Shown: in pieces, positions 23,499 through 33,794 of the stretch
Layout: every line of letters starts with the position of its first letter
Numbering within the stretch: the stretch's first letter is position 1
Source of the DNA: Mustelus asterias
Lineage: Eukaryota
Length of the DNA: 64,000 nt
NCBI RefSeq assembly: GCF_964213995.1
Contig: NW_027590128.1
Location: 1,302,001 to 1,366,000, forward strand
Reading direction: 5' to 3'
The notes under the pieces: model-generated
The model's database searches: none
Seen by the model: only the letters and a program-made list of their open reading frames with translations
Told to the model about the DNA's origin: nothing
Position numbers and translations under genes: made by a program

Positions 23499-24561
23499 TC
23501 AGACCTGGATATGATTAACAGCATCAATAAGTGTAGAATCCAAACCTTGCAGTCGTTTGTGAACTCGCCGGTGTGTTAGCAGGTGGGATGACTGAATAAA
23601 TCCCTTTCCACAGACATTACAGGTGAATGGCCTCTCCCCAGTGTGAACTCGCTGGTGTTTCAGAAGATAAGATAAATGAGAAAATCCCTTCCCACAGACA
23701 GAGCAGGTAAATGGCCTCTCCCCACTGTGAACTCTCTGATGTGTCAGCAGGTTGGATGACTGACTGAATCCCTTCCCACACATGGAGCAGGTGAACGGCC
23801 TCTCCCCAGTGTGAACTCGCTGGTGATTCAATAGGTTGGATGAACGAGTGAATCCCTTCCCACACACGGAGCAAGTGAATGGCCTCTCCTCACTGTGAAC
23901 CTGCTGGTGTGTCAGAAGGTTGTATGAACGGGTGAATCTCTTCCCACATTCAGAGCAGGTGAACGGTCGATCCCCTGTATGGAGCTGCTGGTGTATCAGA
24001 AGGTTGGATGAATTAATGAATCCCTTCCCACAGTCTGAGCAGGTGAAGGGCCTCTCCCCAGTGTGAATTCTCTGGTGGTTCAATAGGGCAGGTGGACGGC
24101 TGAATCCCTTCCCACACACACAGCAGGTGAATGGCCTCTCCCCATTGTGAGTATATTGGTGCGTCAGCAGATCCTTTTTGTTTTTAAAGCTCTTCGCACA
24201 GTGGGAACAATTAAAAAGTTTGTTATCAGAGTGAACAAGTTGATGTGTCTGCAGGTGGGATGACTGAATGAATCCTTTCCCACACAGAGCAGGTGAATGG
24301 TCTCTCCCCAGTGTGAATACGTTGGTGCGCCAGCAGATCTTTTTTGCATTTAAAACTCTTCTCACAGTCAGAACATGTAAACATTCTCTCATCTGTGTGA
24401 ACAGGTTGGTGTGTCACAATGTGGGATGAGCGAGTGAATCCCTTCCCACACACAGGGCAGGTGAACGGCCTCTCCCCAGTGTGACTGCGCCGATGAACTT
24501 CCAGTTGTGATGGGAAACCGAATCCTTTCCCGCACTCCACACATTTCCACGGTTTCTCCAT
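23499..24561 (-). pseudogene. C2H2 ZNF-E, 12 fingers, frameshift in finger 4 (~24285)
   Basis: ORF 24226-24561 (MEKPWKC, 3 fingers) and ORF 23499-24392 join if 2 nt are restored to the TGTG run of CSVCG; C-terminus extends [20 protein letters not shown]. Confidence 0.75.
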
Positions 24562-25059
24562 GGTGCCCTTGTGTTTCTCCAGGTTGGATGATCAGTTCAA
24601 GCCACATCCACACACACAACATACACGTAGTTTCACCCTGCTGTGAACTGTGATGTTTTTTCAGGCTGTGTAACTGGTTAAAGCTCTTTCCACATTCAGT
24701 TCACTGGAACACTCTCACTCGGGTGTGTGTTTGTCTCGATGCTTTTCCGGTCATACTGATGTTTAATTTATTTGCCCACAGGCAGAACAGACAAATATTT
24801 CTCTTTCTATATTCAAAGACCGATGATATTCAGCTCCGAAGGAACTGAATGACTTTGTCAGATGTGATGTCCGGTTTGAGTTTTCTGTCTGCCAATCTTT
24901 CACTTCCAATATCCTGTAAAAACAGTTTAGAAAAGTTATCACTGTCAGAACACGATACAAACTCTGAACAGACAATTCTAGTTTCTCTGGAACATTTTTT
25001 CCTTTCTTGTTCCCCCAAATCAGTAAATCCCCGTCCCACACACTCTCCCTCCTCCCTGG

Positions 25060-26110
25060 GCTGAAATCCAAACCCATCTCACTATTTCTTTCCTCCACTC
25101 CCAGTTTTCTCCCTCCCTCTCCTCTGTCTGGGTTCAGTTCTCCAGCTCCTGTCTGCAGACTGACAATAAAACCAATGGGTCTTACTGGGGGTGTTGGGAC
25201 CTCCAGCGGGTGTTTGTGAATCCTCCCCGCCCACCTCCCAGGGTTTCCTTCCTTCCCAGAGATCAGAGTCCTCATTGATTTGAGGCCAAAGTGTAACCTC
25301 TTATTTATTGTCCCCCTCCCCCATCCTCTGATGTGAACCATCCTCCAGTGGCTGAGCCAGGATGGGGCCGTTAACCTGGGCCTGTTCCCGGGAGGGAGGG
25401 AGGGAGAAGCCCCGCAGCTGCAAACCAGGGAGCTGACAATGATTCTGAAGGGTTTGCGGATCCACAAAGTGTTTCCAAATCCTCCCAGCCACCGCCTAAC
25501 GCTGACTCCGCTTCTCCGGGACAAACAAGCGCCAAGGACAGCAATGACACTGCGCATGCTCCACATCACAATGCCCGGGGACTGATTGACGGCAGCTCCG
25601 GACCAATAGGAAGAGGGGGCGGGGCTGGGGGACCGAACGGGAGCGGCTGGTCCTCCAACCAATCGGAGTGAATGAGGGGCGGGACTGGAGGACCGAATGG
25701 GAGCGGCTGGTCCTCCAACCAATCGGAATGAATGAGGGGCGGGACCTGAAGCATGCGCAGTGCGGGTGAACCAGATAAACCTGTTGGACTTTAACCTGGT
25801 GTTGTTTGACTTGTTGCTGTGTTTACCCCAGTCCAACGCCGGCATCTCCACATCACTGCGGGTAATGGCGACGGACGGCCGGTTTTAGTTTGGAAGCGAG
25901 ATCAATACGAGGTAGAGGGCGGCGTGCGGGGAATGATAAATGTGGCGGGTGGGTCGAGAGGCTTTGTAAACATGTTGTTCAAACCCAAACCCCGGAAATG
26001 AACTTCCCGGTTCCCCCCCTTTGTACCAAATGGAGCGGCAGCTTGTAGTGTTAGACCCGGGCTGACTGCCGCCATTGAGGCTGCAAGTGGGAGGCCGGCA
26101 GGGATTGTGA
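25060..26110 (-). promoter_or_regulatory. Promoter/5' cassette of ZNF-E, near-identical to 5006-5640
   Basis: Reverse-complement match; two 60-bp GC-box/CCAAT units at ~25617-25745; NRF1-like GCATGCGCA; ETS CCGGAAAT. Confidence 0.7.
25771..25856 (+). mobile_element. Penelope pLTR 3'-terminal fragment
   Basis: Matches 19966-20050 (ATAAACCTGTTGGACTTTAACCTGGTG...CATCTCCACAT). Confidence 0.85.
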
Positions 26111-26127
26111 TCGGAGAGTGAAGCCCC

Positions 26128-26293
26128 GACGTCACAATGGAATGGCTGAGGGTGTGACGTCACAATGGAATGGGTGAGGGTGTGACGTCACCATGGAATG
26201 GGTGAGGGTGTGACGTCACCATGGAATGGGTGAGGGTGTGATGTCACAATGGAATGGGTGAGGGTGTGAGGTCACAATGGAATGGGTGAGGGT
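26128..26293 (+). repeat. 28-bp minisatellite, 6 units (GACGTCACAATGGAATGGGTGAGGGTGT)
   Basis: Unit starts at 26128, 26156, 26184, 26212, 26240, 26268. Confidence 0.95.
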
Positions 26294-26341
26294 TCCAGAT
26301 GAGCTGAGACTGGGCTGGAGTCGGGCGATGGCACTGACATG

Positions 26342-26502
26342 TGGCCCGGTGGCACAGTGGTTAGTGCAGCTGCCTAACAGCGCCAGGGACCCGGGTTCAA
26401 TTCCAGCCTCGGGTCACTGTCTGTGCAGAGTTTCTACATTCTCCCCGTGTCTGTGTGGGTTTCTTCCGGATGTTCCGGTTTTCCTTCCACAGTCCAAAGA
26501 TG
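26342..26502 (+). mobile_element. HE1/V-SINE 5' part, truncated by Penelope fragment
   Basis: GGTGGCACAGTGGTTAG head and V-domain. Confidence 0.85.
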
Positions 26503-26883
26503 TGCCGGTGTTGGACTGGGGTAAGCACAGTAAGTAATCTCACAACACCAGGTTAAAATCCAACAGGTTTATTTGGTAGCACAAGCCACAAGCTTTCAGA
26601 GCACTGCCCCTTCATCAGGTGAGTGGGAGTTCTGTTCACAAACAGGGCATATAAAGACACAAACTCAATTTACAAGATAATGGTTGGAATACGAGTCTTT
26701 AAACGTAATCAAGTCTTAAAGGTACAGACAATGTGAGTGGAGAGAGGGTTAAGCACAGGTTAAAGAGATGTGTATTGTATCCAGCCAGGACAGTTAGTGA
26801 GATTTTGCAAGCCCAGGCAAGTCGTGGGGGTTCCAGATAGTGTGACATGAACCCAAGATCCCGGTTGAGGCCGTCCTCATGTG
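26503..26883 (-). mobile_element. Penelope 3' fragment with hammerhead motif (~26585-26622)
   Basis: THEDGLNRDLGFMSHYL ORF end; minus strand CAC-CTGATGA-A-GGGGC/agt/GCTCT-GAAAGCTTGTG. Confidence 0.85.
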
Positions 26884-27139
26884 TGATTGACAGATCCATG
26901 CTCACTGCTTCTTGCCCTGGATGCAGAGAGCTGAAAATTTCCATGCAGGATGCCAGACAGATAAATGTCTACATTACTGGAGTAAAAATGTGTGGAATAT
27001 ACAGACCGAATTCACTTCATTTCCTTCAGTTGCTGCAAGTCCCCAACTTCCCCCAGAATGAGAAAAGAAATGGAAAGGGGGAAACATTGATTTCCTCCCA
27101 GATGTTGAACAGAGGAGGGAGTTTCACTCTGAAGCTCAT

Positions 27140-27596
27140 TGGACAACTTCCGCATTGTGACGTCACAATAGTGTCCTGCCTGAATCAGCCAATAGGAATC
27201 ACTCTGCTTCGCGGTGACGTCTCCGGGTTCCAGTTCTCAGGCCCGGGCGCGCGGACCCAGGAGCCCCGCCCCCACCCATTGTTCCCCTCCCCCTACACCT
27301 CCTTGAACCAAGGTTTCCAGGCAACCGGCTGACGGCTCCAGCAAGAGCGAGAAGCCGCTCAGTGAGCTCTCCCTCCCCCCGGCCCAGGACTACACATGTG
27401 CGAGGGAGAGGGGAAGCTGCGCATGTGCGGGGGAGAACCCACCCTCTGATCTTCATGCTGAGGTGTTGACCAATGGGAAGAGTTGGAGGACCGGAAGGAC
27501 TCTGGTCTTCCAGCCAATCAGAGTGTGGGCTTTGTGTGAATGAAGATTGATCTTCAGACAGACTCAAACTTCCTCCTGTCTCAAACATCTGTGAGT
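27140..27596. promoter_or_regulatory. CpG-rich promoter/first exon for ZNF-F, with donor GTGAGT at 27591
   Basis: CRE TGACGTCA (~27158), CCAAT boxes, NRF1-like TGCGCATG; paralogous to 53330-53545. Confidence 0.6.
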
Positions 27597-28224
27597 AAAA
27601 CACTTTCTCTTCAACCCCCTTTCCATTTCTTTTCTCATTCTGGGGGAAATTGGGGACTTGCAGCAACTGAAGTGAAAGGAAGTGAATCCAGTGAGGGTGC
27701 AGACTCTGGAAAGGTTGGTCCAGGTTTCTCGCTCTCTCGAACCAGAAAATGATCCATTTCTGCCCACTGTTTGCTGTTAGCCAATCTTCTATCCACGCCA
27801 ATATGTTATCCCCACAGCATGAACTTTTATTTGCTGCAATAACCTTTGATGTGGCACCTCATCAAATGTCTTCTGGAAATCTGAGTACAGCACATCCACC
27901 GGTTTCCCTTTATCCAATGCCCGATGGGGAATTTTAGAAAATTGAACAACACATCAACGATCTCACTCTGTTAAGACCCGAGAATGAAGCCCAGCAGGAC
28001 CCGAGGACTCATCAGCCCACAGCTCCAACAGTTTGCTGAGGACCACTTCCCTGGGAATTGTGCTTTTTCAGAGTTCATCCCACACTTCTGTTTTCTGATT
28101 TCCAGCTGTTTCTGAGTTTTAACTGTATCCTCTATTGTGAACACCGAGGCAAAATACTTGTTCAATTCATCTCCCAGCTCCTTATTTTTCATTATCAATT
28201 CCTGGACTCACTTTCTATTAGACA

Positions 28225-28940
28225 GTTAAGAAATGAGGTGGAGCAAGTGACTGAAGTGTCAGTCAGGGAGCACTATTGGGAGCACCAATAGTTTCAAAAT
28301 AGTTCAGGAAAAAGATAGGACAGGTCCACAGGTCAAGGCCCTAAACTGGAGCAGGGCCACTTTTGTGGGCATTAGGCAGGATCGAGCAGATGTCGATTAG
28401 GTGAGTTTGTTTGAAGGGAAAGGAATGACTGGCAAATGGGAGGTTTTAAAAGTGTGATATCAAGAATCCAGGGGCAGTATATTCCTGTTAAGATGAAGGG
28501 AAAGAATGGTAAATTTAAGGATCTCTGGCAGACAAGGGACATTGAGGCTCTGGTCAGGTAAAAGAAGGAAGCATACATTGGGTTTAGGCAATCGGGGACA
28601 AGTGAATCACTCTGACTGTAAAAAGTGTAAGAAAATACTGAGGAGGGAAATCAGGAGGACAAAAAGAGGGTATGATATGGATCTGGCAGGTAAGATTAAA
28701 GAAAATTCCAAGAGGTTCTATAGCTATATTAAGAGTAAGACGGTGGCTAGAGAGAGAATAGATCCCCTTAAAAATCAGTATGGCCATCTGTGTGTGGAGC
28801 TACAGGAGATGGGTGAGATTTTTAATGAATACTTCTCCTCTGTGTTTACTGCGGAGAGCACCATGGGGGCTAAAGAAATAAGGGAAACAAGTGGTGATGT
28901 CTTGGGCACACGTTCGTTACTTGGGAGGAGGTATCTGTAG
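28225..28940 (+). mobile_element. CR1-type LINE internal fragment (EN-RT linker)
   Basis: REIRRTKRGY..LAGKIKENSKRFYSYIKSK..EIFNEYFSSVFT motif. Confidence 0.8.
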
Positions 28941-28944
28941 CCTT

Positions 28945-29132
28945 ATAAAAGCAAATTACTGCGGATGCTGGCGTCTGAAGCCAAGGGAGAAAATGCTGGA
29001 AAATCGCAGCAGGTCTAGCAGCATCTGTAAGGAGAGAAAAGAGCTGATGTTTCTTGACGAAATGACCCTTTGTCAAAGCTCTGAAACATCAGTTCTTTTC
29101 TCTCCATCCAGGTGCTGCCAGACCTGCTGAGA
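28945..29132. mobile_element. Short fold-back (palindromic) repeat with degenerate hammerhead core; family also at ~9435-9510, 12680-12850, 17945-18050, 21285-21360, 39010-39220, 45340-45435, 52055-52188
   Basis: AAAATGCTGGAAAATC.CAGCAGGTCT..CAGCATCTG arm and its reverse complement around a GAGCTC-like centre. Confidence 0.75.
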
Positions 29133-29613
29133 ATGGGGAGAGAGTGTGTGGGATGGAGATTTACAGCTTTTGGGGAATGAGAGAGGAAAGAATGTTCCAT
29201 AGAAATTGTTCTGAATTTCTATCCTGTACTGACACTGATGACTTTTGGAAACTCATTTTCAGGATATTGAAAGAGGAATCACAGGCCGAAATCTCAAACG
29301 TCATGTCTCGGCGTGACAGAATCGTGTTCCTTGGGACCTCAATATCATCGGACTTTGAATCCAGAAGGAGAAATGATTGTCCAGTCTGTCGATTTGAAAA
29401 GATTTGAAATGTCAGTGTGAGTGAAAAAGCATCAACACACTGCCACACTTGAGTGAGAGTGTTCCAATGCACTGACTAAAGAGCTTTAACCAGTTACACA
29501 GTCTGAATAAATATCACAACATTCACAGCGGGTAGAGACTGTAATCTTGTCCTGTGTGTGGACGAAGTTTCAACTGATTGTCCACCCAAGAGTGAGGCAA
29601 GGAAACCTGCACC

Positions 29614-30288
29614 ATGGAGAAACCATGGAAATGTGGGGACTGTGGGAAGGGATACAGAGCCCCATGTCTGCTGGAAGCTCATCGGCGCAGCCACACTGGG
29701 GAGAGGCTGTTCATCTGCCCTCAGTGTGAGAAGGGATTTAATCAGTTCTCCAGCTTACGGACACACCAACGAGTTCACACTGGGGAGAGACCATTCACCT
29801 GCTCTCAATGTGGGAAGGGATTCATTCAGTCATCCCACCTGCGGACACACCAGCGAGTTCACACTGGGGAGAGGCCATTCACCTGCTCTCAGTGTGGGAA
29901 GGGATTCACTCAGTTATCCAGCCTGCAGACACACCAGCGAGTTCACACTGGGGAGAGGCCATTCACCTGCTCTCAGTGTGGGAAGGGATTCACTCAGTTA
30001 TCCAGCCTGCAGACACACCAGCGAGTTCACACTGGGGAGAGGCCGTTCACCTGCTCTCAGTGTGGGAAGGGATTCACTCGGTTACCCGACCTGCGGACAC
30101 ACCAGCGAGTTCACACAGGGGAGAAACCATTCACCTGCTCTCAGTGTGGGAAGGGCTTCACTCGGTCATCCACCCTGCGGACACATCAGCCAGTTCACAC
30201 TGGGGAGAGGCCATTCACCTGCTCTCAGTGTGGGAAGGGTTTCAGCGTTTCATCCCGGCTGCTGAGACACCAGCGTGTTCACGAGTGA
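29614..30288 (+). CDS. C2H2 ZNF-F, 8 fingers, intact ORF
   Basis: 224-aa MEKPWKC...HQRVHE; fingers 4 and 5 identical. Confidence 0.9.
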   Translation: MEKPWKCGDCGKGYRAPCLLEAHRRSHTGERLFICPQCEKGFNQFSSLRTHQRVHTGERPFTCSQCGKGFIQSSHLRTHQRVHTGERPFTCSQCGKGFTQLSSLQTHQRVHTGERPFTCSQCGKGFTQLSSLQTHQRVHTGERPFTCSQCGKGFTRLPDLRTHQRVHTGEKPFTCSQCGKGFTRSSTLRTHQPVHTGERPFTCSQCGKGFSVSSRLLRHQRVHE

Positions 30289-30526
30289 TGACAGGGGTTG
30301 GATTCTGCTGTTATTGTTTCTGCTCTCAGTTGCATCCAGGATTGCATTTTGTTCATTCTCACAGTTGGTCAATGGGAAGGGTCAGAGGGTTTCTTTGTGC
30401 TGGACTGGCCGGTCTCAGCCTCCAGTGGGCTGATGCTCTTTGAACCTTTTTGTGAATACCTGGTTTCAAATGTCACAAGGATCACAGAGTGACAGGGTGT
30501 TAGGAAGTTTAGAGATATTGAGTCAG

Positions 30527-31585
30527 AAGAAAACAGAGGTTGGCAGTGCAAAGATACATTTCTGAATGGAGGGCTGTGACAAGTGACGTTCCTCAGGGAT
30601 CAGTGCTGGGACTTTTGCTGTTTGTAATATATATAAATGATTTGGAGGAAAATGTAACTGGTTTGATTGGTAAGTTTGTGGACGACACAAAGGTTGGTGG
30701 AATTGCGGATAGCGATGGGGACTGGCAGAGGATACAGCAGGATATAGATCAGTTGGAGACTTGGGCAGAGAGATGGCAGATGAAGTTTAATCCGGACAAA
30801 TGTGAGGTAATGCATTTTGGAAGGTCTAATACAGATGGGAAATATACAGTCAATGGAGAACCCTTCAGAGTATTCATAGGCAGAGGGATCTGGGTGTACA
30901 GGTGCACAGGTTATTGAAAGTGGCAATGAGGTGGAGAAGATAATCAAGAAGGCATACGGCATGCTTGCCTTCTTCGGCCGGGGCATTGAGTTTAAAAATT
31001 GGTAAGTCATGTTGCAGCTTTATAGAACCTTAGTTAGACCGCACGTGGAATCTAGTGTTCATTTCTGGTCACCACACTACCAGAAGGAAGTGGGGGCTTT
31101 GGAGAGGGTATGGAAAATATTTACCAGGATGTTGCCTGGTAGCATTAGCTATGAGGAGAGGTTGGAGAAACTTGGTTTGTTCTCACTGGAACAACGGAGG
31201 TTGAGGGGGGCGACCTGATAGAAGTCTACAAGATTATGAGGGTCATGGACAGAGTGGATAATCAGACGCTTTTTCCCAGGGTGGAAGAGTCAATTACGAG
31301 AGGCATAGGTTTAAGGTGCGAGGGGCAAGGTTTAAAGGAGATGTACAAGGCAGGTTTTTTACACAGAGCGTGGTGGGTGCCTGGAACCCGTTGCCGGGGA
31401 AGGTAGTGGAAGCAGATACGGCAGTGACTTTTAAGATGTGTCTTGACAAATATATGAATAGCATAGGAACAGAGGGATATGGTCCCCGGAAAGGTAGGGG
31501 GTTTTAGTTCAGACGGGCAGCATGGTTGCTCCAGGCTTGGAGGGCCAAAGGGCTTGTTCCTGTGCTGTAATTTTCTTTGTTCTTC
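30527..31585 (+). mobile_element. 5'-truncated CR1-type LINE
   Basis: [23 protein letters not shown] and YRTLVRPH motifs; absent at the paralogous site (~40460). Confidence 0.9.
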
Positions 31586-31589
31586 ATTC

Positions 31590-31935
31590 TGTTTGGAACA
31601 TCCCAAATGCCCATCCAATTTCCTTTTTAATTGTTTATTGTCGCTACTTCCTCCACCCTCGTAGGCAGCGAGTTCCAGGTCATCACCATTCACTGCATCA
31701 GAATATTCTTCCTCACATCTCCACCGCCCCCCCCCCCCCCCCCCGCCCCCCACTCCCCCTCTCTTGCATCTCTGACCCAAAACAAGAAATCTGTGTCCCC
31801 CCTCGTCCTTGTCCCATCAGCTAATGGGAACAGCTTTTCTTTGTCCACCTTATCTAAACCTGTCAGAACCTTGTCCACCTCTATCAAATCTCCCCTCAAC
31901 CTCCTTTGCTCCAAGGAAAACAACACCAGCCTGAC
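31590..31935 (-). mobile_element. Older CR1-type 3' fragment (paralog at ~40210-40445, + strand)
   Basis: LFSLEQRRLRGDLIEVDK..DKVDKEKLFPLADGTRTRG. Confidence 0.8.
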
Positions 31936-32355
31936 ATTGACAATAAAGAACAAACTAACAGAATATGTTACTGTCTGAAATCAAATGGGAATGTTTAATT
32001 TCTGTTTTCAAGATATTGTGAATATATTGTCCTGGACAATAAAGGAATTGGAATAACTCACCTTGGGTGTGGTTGAATGGAATATGTCAATCTGATATCC
32101 ACCTACAGTCTAGTGAAAGTCTGGAATATGTAGCTGGAACTCCCTTCCTAACAGCACTGTGGGTGTACGTACACCTCAGGCATTGCAGCAGTTCAAGAAG
32201 GCACCCTTGGGGTTGGGGTTGACCATGGCCAAGGCAGCTACATACAGCCACATATTCTGTTATAATTGAAGGACTGCAGATTGAATGTGAGGCATTGTGG
32301 GACTGGACTATCTTGACCATATTCCTGTGACTGCCCGGAAACACGTGTCTATTTT

Positions 32356-33794
32356 AAAGAACAAAGAACAATACAGCACAGGAACAGGCCCTTCGGCCCT
32401 CCAAGCCTGCACCGATCATGTGTTCCTAACGAGACCATCCGTTTGTATCCCTCTATTCCCAGTCTGTTCATATGGTTATTATTAAAATACGTCCCCTGCA
32501 TATCTGTATTGAACCTTGCCCCCCCTTACCTTGAACTTGTGACCCCTTCTGTTTGTCGTTTCTGACCTGGGAAAAAGCTTCCAACTGTTCACCCTATCTA
32601 TGCCCTTCATAATTTTATAAACTTCTATTAGGCCGCCCCTCCACCTCTGTTTTTCCAGGGAGAACAACCCTAGTTTACTCAATCTCTCCTCATAGCTAAT
32701 ACCCTCCATACCAGGCAACATCCTGGTTAACCTTTTCTGCACTCTCTCCAAAGCCTCCACGTCCTTCTGGTAGTGTGGCGACCAGAACTGGACGCAGTAT
32801 TCCAAATGCGGCCGAACCAACGTTCTATACATCTGCACCATCAGACCCCAACTTTTATACTCTATGCCCCGTCCAATAAAAGCAAGCATGCCATATGCCT
32901 TCTTCACCACCCTTTCCACCTGTGTTGCCACCTTTAAGGTTCTGTGGACTTGCACATTCAGATCCCTCTGCGTGTCTATACTCTTGATGGTTCTGCCATT
33001 TATTGTATAGCTCCCCCTGCATTAGATCTACTAAAATGCATCACTTCGCATTTATCTGGATTAAGTTCCATCTGCCATTTCTCCGCCCAATTTTCCAGCC
33101 TATCTATGTCCTGCTGTATTCTCTGACAATGTTCATCACAATCCACAACTCCAGCAATCATTGTGTCGTCCGCAAACTTACTAATCAGACTTGCTACATC
33201 TTCTTCCAAATCATTTATATATATCACAAACAGCAGAGGTCCCAATACAGAGCCCTGCGGAACACCACTAGTCACAGACCTCCAATCAGAAAAAGACCCC
33301 TCCGCTGCTACCCTCTGTCTTCTATGGCCAAACCAGTTCTGTACCCATCTAGCGAGCTCACCTTTGATCCCGTGAGATTTAACCTTTTGCACCAGCCTGC
33401 CATGAGGGACCTTGTCAAATGCTTTACTAAAATCCATGTAGACGACATCCACGGCCCTTCCCTCGTCAGTCATTTTTGTCACCGCCTCAAAAAACTCAAC
33501 CAAATTTGTGAGGCATGACCTCCCTCGCACAAAACCATGTTGTCTATTGCTAATGAGATTATTCAGTTCTAAATGTGTACAGATCCTATCTCTAAGAATC
33601 TTCTCCAACAATTTCCCTACCACGGACGTCAAGCTCACTGGCCTATGATTACCCGGGTTATCCTTGCTACCCTTCTTAAATAACGGGACCACATTTGCTA
33701 TTCTCCCATCCTCTGGGACCTCACCTGTGTCCAATGAAGAAACAAAGATTTCTGTTCGAGGCCCAGCAATTTCATCTCTTGTCTCTCTCAGTAA
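32356..33794 (-). mobile_element. 5'-truncated CR1-type LINE (RT to tail), flanked by ~220-bp direct repeats
   Basis: ORFs 33000-33818 (full RT motifs) and 32482-32955; (TGTTCTT)n tail at 32356-32371. Confidence 0.95.

Noticed and set aside
24763-25851. 362-aa minus-strand ORF
   Set aside because: Starts in a Penelope pLTR fragment and runs through a GC-rich promoter and intron; chimeric, no domain
31727-31750. Poly-C/G-quadruplex-like run and poly-Gly/Pro ORFs
   Set aside because: Homopolymer expansion within a CR1 fragment (short in the paralog at ~40320); length may be a sequencing artefact
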